NCBI GenBank assembly: GCA_965243025.1
Contig: CBDETY010000003.1
Span: forward strand, 1,664,001 to 1,728,000
DNA from: Candidatus Latescibacterota bacterium
GTDB taxonomy: Bacteria; Latescibacterota; UBA2968; UBA8231
Length of the DNA stretch: 64,000 nt
Direction: 5' to 3'
Shown here: in pieces, positions 58,826-64,000 of the stretch
Layout of the letters: each line of letters starts with the position of its first letter
Numbering within the stretch: position 1 is the first letter of the stretch
Made by a program: the position numbers and the translations under genes
Notes under the pieces: model-generated
What the model saw: the letters and a program-made list of their open reading frames with translations, nothing else
Told to the model about the DNA's origin: nothing
The model's database searches: none

Positions 58826-60202
58826 CTATCCTGCCGGGTTGCCCTTGCGGTGTCGGCTTCGCCAGAAGATTCTCACCGGGGAACCCTCAAAATCAAAGGC
58901 TTCCCGAAGGCTGTTTTCCAGATAGCGAGAGTAGGAATCAGACACCAATTCGGGATGATCTGCAAAAACGATAAAGGAAGGTGGCGATACCGACTGTTGT
59001 GTTGCATACAGGATATTTACCGAACGTCCACTTCCACGGGCAGCGCTATTCGCGACCCGCCGTAAATGCCTGTTCAGACGTGCTGTTGGCACTCGACGTC
59101 GCCGGCTGTCGAAAACTGCAGCTGCAGTTTCCAAACATCTCGAGACCCGGCTCCCTGTCAAGGCGGAAAGAACTACAAATGGAAAATCCCGGAGGAAAGG
59201 GTATTGTCCTCGAATGCCGTTGGCGAACTGCCCGGCGTCCTTGGGGAATTCGATGGCATCCCATTTGTTGACGGCAACGACCATTCCGCTTCCAGACTCC
59301 AAGATCTTGGACATGGTCCTGGCGTCCTGCGTCGTGACTCCCTCGACCGCGTCGATCATCGCCAGGGTGACATCCGCCTGCTCAATCGCACGTGTCGCGC
59401 GCAGCGAACAATAGTACTCCACCGGGTCATCGATCCGACGCCGCCTGCGCACCCCGGCCGTGTCCATCAGCAGGAACCGGCGTCCCTCCCACTCGATGCG
59501 GATTTCGGTGGTGTCGCGGGTGGTACCGGGCCGGTCGTGGACGATGGAGACCCGAGACCCGGCGAGTCGGTTCATCAGGGTGGACTTCCCGACGTTAGGC
59601 CTGCCGGCAAGCACCACCCGAATCGCATGCTCATCATCCCCGGCATCGGCCGGAGTTCCCCGGGCTTCGAACCGGGCGGTAAGAGAATCAAGAAGGTCTC
59701 CCGACAGTCGCCCGGATGCCGCCGACACGGGAATCGGTGCCCCCAACCCCAGGCGGAAAAAATCCCCCAACAGCGAATCTTCCTGCCCTGGGTGATCGAG
59801 TTTGTTCACGACCACCAGCGACTCCGCACCGCTTCGTCGCAGCACCTCGGCGACTTCGCAGTCAGTGGCAGTGGCACCGGCAGCGGCGTCGCACACGAGC
59901 ATGACGATATCCGCCTGCTCCACGGCGCGCTCTGTCTGCACTCGTACCGCCGATTCGATTGCATCCCTGGAAAAGGGAACGAATCCGCCAGTATCCATCA
60001 GGGTAAAACGGCAACCATTCCACTCTGCCTCAACGGCGATGCAATCCCTTGTAATTCCGGGGTGATCGTCGGTAATTGCCTGCCGCCGACCTGCAAGCCG
60101 GTTAAACAGCGTCGACTTGCCGACATTTGGACGGCCGACGATAGCCACAAGCGGCCGCAACAATCCAGCCGGTAACTCCCATCCAGTCGGCTTTCGGTTC
60201 AC
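58826..60202 (-). CDS. der: ribosome biogenesis GTPase Der (EngA)
   Basis: Two GRPNVGKS P-loops, G.TRD, DTGG/DTAG, NKLD/NKWD, RYLEN.LR..F.F.G.P. Confidence 0.96.
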   Translation of the reverse strand: MNRKPTGWELPAGLLRPLVAIVGRPNVGKSTLFNRLAGRRQAITDDHPGITRDCIAVEAEWNGCRFTLMDTGGFVPFSRDAIESAVRVQTERAVEQADIVMLVCDAAAGATATDCEVAEVLRRSGAESLVVVNKLDHPGQEDSLLGDFFRLGLGAPIPVSAASGRLSGDLLDSLTARFEARGTPADAGDDEHAIRVVLAGRPNVGKSTLMNRLAGSRVSIVHDRPGTTRDTTEIRIEWEGRRFLLMDTAGVRRRRRIDDPVEYYCSLRATRAIEQADVTLAMIDAVEGVTTQDARTMSKILESGSGMVVAVNKWDAIEFPKDAGQFANGIRGQYPFLRDFPFVVLSALTGSRVSRCLETAAAVFDSRRRRVPTARLNRHLRRVANSAARGSGRSVNILYATQQSVSPPSFIVFADHPELVSDSYSRYLENSLREAFDFEGSPVRIFWRSRHRKGNPAG

Positions 60203-61605
60203 CGTGGTTCAGTTTCACCCCCATTTCCCGATCCGACGAAAAAGCCGAGTTCGGACAGCTGCCTGCCGTCGCCGCGGGAACGCACCGACGCCCGAATACC
60301 ACCCTCTCCGAGAAGGTTTCCGAGTCCGCGAGCAAGGTCGTACTCTCCGACCGAAATGGGGATCCCTGCGGCGGTCTGCAGATCAGCAACGGTCATTTCG
60401 TCGATTGTCAGGCCATCTCCGTTGATACAATTGGGAGGCAGTACAGCCAGGTCATGCGGACTTCCCTTCAATGCGGCAATGATATCCTTACCCGTCAGAA
60501 GGCCGGAAACGGTGATTCCGGTCCCGAAGAAATCATTTTCGACAGGGACAAGAGCGGCCTTGGGTAGTGCGAGTTCCCTCAGTTCATCGACCACGGGAGC
60601 GAGGAACCTCGCTGCCAAAGTTCCTGTCACCAAAGCCATCCGCACCGAAGTCCCCCGCCCCGCACTCAGGTTTGCAAGGCCGCCAAGATTCCGTTTTCCC
60701 CGTTCCCAACGGTCCAGAAACGTTCTCACCATTCCAATCCCGTTTTCGATCTGGGGGAAACTGTCATAGTCGCCTGCCTGCGGTGGTGGACGTCCAGCAA
60801 GTAGAAAAAACTCATCGGCAGCATAGATGAAGCGTTCTCCGAGTTCCTCGACGAACCTCGACCCCCAACTCTCCGCAGCCTCGAGGTAATCCACGGCAAG
60901 TTCCGGAGTAACAGACCGCAGACTCGGCAAGTGTGATCGGAAACGGGTAAGCCCAACCGGGACAAGGGCCAGGGAGCGAACATCCGGATAGAATTCGGCC
61001 AAGTCGCGGACCGTGCGCTCCAGGTGCGAACCGTCGTTAATCCCGGGACAGATCACGACCTGTGCATGCATCTCGATTCGGTGCCCTGCGAGCAGGCGAA
61101 TCCTGTCAAGTATCGGGACGGTCGGTTGCCTGCGGCCTAACATTTGCTGGCGAAGCGATGGATCAGTCGCGTGAACGGAGATGAACTGGGGCGAGAGTCT
61201 CTGCTCGATGATACGCTGGAGATCCTTTTCCCTCATGTTGGTAAGGGTGACGTACGATCCGTGCAGGAAAGACAATCGATAGTCGTCGTCCTCAAAGTAG
61301 AGGCTTCGCCGCAAACCCTTCGGCATCTGATGCAGGAAACAGAAGACGCATTTGTTGTTGCAGCGCCTCAGCCGCATCTCCTCGAAGTGGATCCCCATAT
61401 TCTCGCCATGCACCCTGTCGATCTCGACGGCATAGATCTCTCCTTCCCGTTCTACTTCGAACAGGAGCTGGGAATCCGCGCTGTGAACCTGAAAATCGAT
61501 GAGATCGCGAATTTCTTCGCCATTTACCGCCAGAATCCGGTCCCCACGCCGGAAACCTGCCCGCGCTGCCAGCGAACTTCCTTCGATATCCCTGACTGAA
61601 ATCAT
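60199..61605 (-). CDS. PDZ + DUF512 radical-SAM-like FeS protein
   Basis: N-terminal PDZ (GDRILAVNG), CNNKCVFC, DDYRLSFL.GSYVTLTN, QIENGIG. Confidence 0.9.
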   Translation of the reverse strand: MISVRDIEGSSLAARAGFRRGDRILAVNGEEIRDLIDFQVHSADSQLLFEVEREGEIYAVEIDRVHGENMGIHFEEMRLRRCNNKCVFCFLHQMPKGLRRSLYFEDDDYRLSFLHGSYVTLTNMREKDLQRIIEQRLSPQFISVHATDPSLRQQMLGRRQPTVPILDRIRLLAGHRIEMHAQVVICPGINDGSHLERTVRDLAEFYPDVRSLALVPVGLTRFRSHLPSLRSVTPELAVDYLEAAESWGSRFVEELGERFIYAADEFFLLAGRPPPQAGDYDSFPQIENGIGMVRTFLDRWERGKRNLGGLANLSAGRGTSVRMALVTGTLAARFLAPVVDELRELALPKAALVPVENDFFGTGITVSGLLTGKDIIAALKGSPHDLAVLPPNCINGDGLTIDEMTVADLQTAAGIPISVGEYDLARGLGNLLGEGGIRASVRSRGDGRQLSELGFFVGSGNGGETEPR

Positions 61606-61845
61606 GGCTCTGGCTTCCGTTACCTCCCCCGGGTCACGAACAAACCTGGGGGCGCCGGTGTATCGGCCGGTAAATTCTGGGCAGTTTAGGGTAGATCAAG
61701 GGGGCGGGCTTCCAGTTGCAGCGACGAGAGGCTTTTCCGGCCAGCCCCGAAAACCTCCCGAAATGGACCGCTCTCTCAGCCGGTTGCATCAGGGAAGTTG
61801 CCGGGGGATCGTTTGCTCGGACGAAGGGTGCAGCGGGAAAAGAAA

Positions 61846-61920
61846 TGGAGCGGGAGACGGGAATCGAACCCGCGACATCAAGCTTGGGAAGCTTGCGTTC
61901 TACCCCTGAACTACTCCCGC
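61846..61920 (-). tRNA. tRNA-Gly(CCC)
   Basis: GCGGGAG...CAAGC-TT-CCC-AA-GCTTG...GGTTCGATTCC...CTCCCGCTCCA. Confidence 0.97.
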
Positions 61921-62014
61921 TCCAGAAGAGGCTGTTCCTCCCGGGTCTCCTGCCTTCGTCGAGAACGCCTTCGGGTAGGTGCCAATTGAAGCCAACTATT
62001 TGTTGTTTAACAAG

Positions 62015-63061
62015 TTAAGATAATGGATCGAAACTCTGTGTCAATGTCTGTTCATCCTGGAAACCGGTGTGTCCAGGTTCCAGTTCAGCAGCGGCCCCGA
62101 CGCAGTTCACCTGGGCTGCAATTCGCTCCAACGCCCCCCGTTCCCCAAGGTTGTCGAGATCGAGCCAGCGCAGGCGGCGGTCCTTTCTGAACCAGGTGAT
62201 TTGACGCTTCGCGTATCTGCGCGAACGCCGTTTGATCGCCTCGACCTCCCTCGCCAAGTCGGTTCCGTTCTCGATATGACGGGCAAGTTCCTCGTACCCA
62301 AGCGAACCGAGACCTGCGCTGGACCTGGTGAACCCCATTTCAAGCAGCTTGGCGGTCTCAAGCACCCACCCCTCTGCCATCATGGCATCGACGCGGTCAT
62401 TCACGCGCCGGTACAAGGCTCCGCGATCGCGCCACAAACCGAACATGATCGGTGTATCTTCAAGCCCGGTCCGGGAATGCGAGCGAAAATGCTGTGACCG
62501 ATTTGCCGGGGTTCCCAGGGCGATCTCCAGGGCGCGAAGAATGCGGGGCTCATCGTTTGGGGATATTCTGGCGTAAGCGATCGGATCGAGTCTGGCGAGC
62601 TCGTTATGAAGACTTGCCAGGCCTTCGTCTTGCAACCTGCTGATCAGGGCACGCCTGAGATCGAGATTGGGGCTGTCCGCCTCGAACAGTCCGTCGAGGA
62701 GGGCAGACAGGTACAGGCCCGCCCCCCCGATAAACACCGGCATTACCCCCCGGCACTGAAGTTCGGAAATCAGGGAACGGGCCTCACGCGCGAATCGGCC
62801 TGCGCTGTAGTATTCGTCGGGATCGCAAATGTCGATGAAGTGGTGGACGATCTCCTCCCGGTCTTCACGGGTCGGCTTGGCAGTGCCGATATCCATGAAG
62901 CGATAGATCTGACGGCTGTCGGCAGAGATGATCTCGCCATGGAAATATCGCGCCAACCTGAGTCCAAGGGCTGACTTTCCCACTGCCGTTGGTCCGACAA
63001 TTACGACAGTATCCTTTTTTCTACGTGGGTCGGTCAATTTCCCGTCGATGCCACAATTCAA
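62015..63061 (-). CDS. miaA: tRNA dimethylallyltransferase
   Basis: GPTAVGKS, SADSRQIY..MDIGTAKP, R..RALEI, RRYAKRQITWF. Confidence 0.96.
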   Translation of the reverse strand: MNCGIDGKLTDPRRKKDTVVIVGPTAVGKSALGLRLARYFHGEIISADSRQIYRFMDIGTAKPTREDREEIVHHFIDICDPDEYYSAGRFAREARSLISELQCRGVMPVFIGGAGLYLSALLDGLFEADSPNLDLRRALISRLQDEGLASLHNELARLDPIAYARISPNDEPRILRALEIALGTPANRSQHFRSHSRTGLEDTPIMFGLWRDRGALYRRVNDRVDAMMAEGWVLETAKLLEMGFTRSSAGLGSLGYEELARHIENGTDLAREVEAIKRRSRRYAKRQITWFRKDRRLRWLDLDNLGERGALERIAAQVNCVGAAAELEPGHTGFQDEQTLTQSFDPLS

Positions 63062-63093
63062 TACTCAGGACCCCCGGCAGGAAGGATTGAACC

Positions 63094-63133
63094 AAAAAAA
63101 CTCCTGCAATCAATCTCTGATCACAGGAGTTTG
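63094..63133 (-). terminator. rho-independent terminator after the tRNA cluster
   Basis: Minus strand AAACTCCTG...CAGGAGTTT followed by a U-run. Confidence 0.7.
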
Positions 63134-63135
63134 GA

Positions 63136-63213
63136 TGGTCGGGGTGGGCGGATTCGAACCGCCGACCCCCTGCTCCCGAAGCAGGTGCGCTAACCGGACT
63201 GCGCTACACCCCG
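63136..63213 (-). tRNA. tRNA-Pro(CGG)
   Basis: CGGGGTG...CCTGC-TT-CGG-GA-GCAGG...GGTTCGAATCC...CACCCCGACCA. Confidence 0.97.
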
Positions 63214-63307
63214 AAGCCGACCATGTGGGGACACCTGAATAGTAAATGGGCCACGAGCCACTAGCTCCCTGTCCAGGGAGATGACCCATGACCCATTTGT
63301 GGAAAGA

Positions 63308-63384
<77 letters not shown>

Positions 63385-63415
63385 ACGACCTGTCTACCTC
63401 ACGAAACGAGAAAAA

Positions 63416-63492
63416 TGGCGAGCTATACAGGATTCGAACCTGTGACCTCTAGCTCCGGAGGCTAGCGCTCTATCCAGCTGAGCTAATAGCTC
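63416..63492 (-). tRNA. tRNA-Arg(CCG)
   Basis: GAGCTAT...CTAGC-CT-CCG-GA-GCTAG...GGTTCGAATCC...ATAGCTCGCCA. Confidence 0.96.
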
Positions 63493-63531
63493 GAATCTGC
63501 GGCCGGATCCCCGTCATAGGGACCACTGCGC

Positions 63532-63627
63532 TTACAGAGCGCGCTTCTTGTGTCGGTTTTTGCGCAAACGCTTCTTGCGTTTGTGTGTGTTGATCTTATG
63601 CCGCTTTCTCTTCCTCCCACACGGCAT
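63532..63627 (-). CDS. 31-aa basic protein, AURKAIP1/COX24 (mS38/bS22-like) ribosomal protein family
   Basis: MPCGRKRKRHKINTHKRKKRLRKNRHKKRAL; below the ORF-track length cutoff. Confidence 0.85.
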   Translation of the reverse strand: MPCGRKRKRHKINTHKRKKRLRKNRHKKRAL

Positions 63628-63928
63628 CTTTCTTTGCTCCTGTCGGGGAACCGCTATGTTCAACCCGGCCCCTCAGTTCCTTTGATGGTTTGAAAACCGG
63701 CGCTCGACGTCTCGATATCTTGACCTCAGAACCGGTACGAGGATTGCGCCCTGTTCGCGGCGCTCTACTGATGGCTTTGAATGTTCCGAATCCTCTGATT
63801 TCTATGTGATCGCCGTTCTGCAGGGCATCGACCACGGATTCGATAAAGCCATCGACCACTGCTGCCGTGTCGGTTTTCGTCAAGCCCGTGGCATGGGCGA
63901 TCTGCCGAACGATGTCAGCCTTGGTCAA
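63596..63928 (-). CDS. HU/IHF family DNA-binding protein
   Basis: TKADIV, IEIRGFGTF, RTGRNPRTG, PVFKPSK; TTG 63928 after GGAGGAG RBS. Confidence 0.94.
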   Translation of the reverse strand: MTKADIVRQIAHATGLTKTDTAAVVDGFIESVVDALQNGDHIEIRGFGTFKAISRAPRTGRNPRTGSEVKISRRRAPVFKPSKELRGRVEHSGSPTGAKKDAVWEEEKAA

Positions 63929-64000
63929 GACCGCTCCTCCCTTTGTCAAGCGTGGCCCGAAGGTTAGGCAGCCCCTTCATTGACGCAATGCTCAAGAGAA

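Noticed and set aside
63062-63135. Inverted repeat matching the mutL-recombinase junction (active inversion end)
   Set aside because: No convincing match to 43018-43165 by eye; the region is a tRNA terminator hairpin

Overview
GC-rich chromosomal window from a diderm bacterium. The gene set suggests an FCB-group/candidate-phylum organism, but this is inference only. It is almost all housekeeping genes. From 280 to 43017 genes are mostly on the + strand: hflKC, coaE, gcvTP, gmd, an M16 peptidase pair, valS-rqcH-ychF, thrC-metB, hemB, two prs paralogs, apt, rsgA, hprK and mutL. From 43165 to the end they are all on the - strand: leuS, asnS, pnp, rpsO, a riboflavin kinase, truB-rbfA-infB-nusA-rimP, der, miaA, four tRNAs and HU. 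Exactly at the strand switch sits a ~1.3 kb island containing a lone, intact Cre-like tyrosine recombinase. It has a dif-like site on its left, an lox/dif-like palindrome overlapping its own near-consensus promoter, accessory half-site repeats, and a degenerate inverted dif-like site on its right. Other notable signals: two PRPP synthetases with complementary active-site losses (possible obligate heteromer); RibF apparently replaced by a stand-alone kinase plus an archaeal-type FAD synthase; plant-type threonine synthase and cystathionine gamma-synthase in one operon; an FtsH-like membrane anchor fused to a SHOCT-like tail; and a possible ~20 kb inversion that split mutL from miaA. All family assignments come from motif recognition by eye, not database searches.
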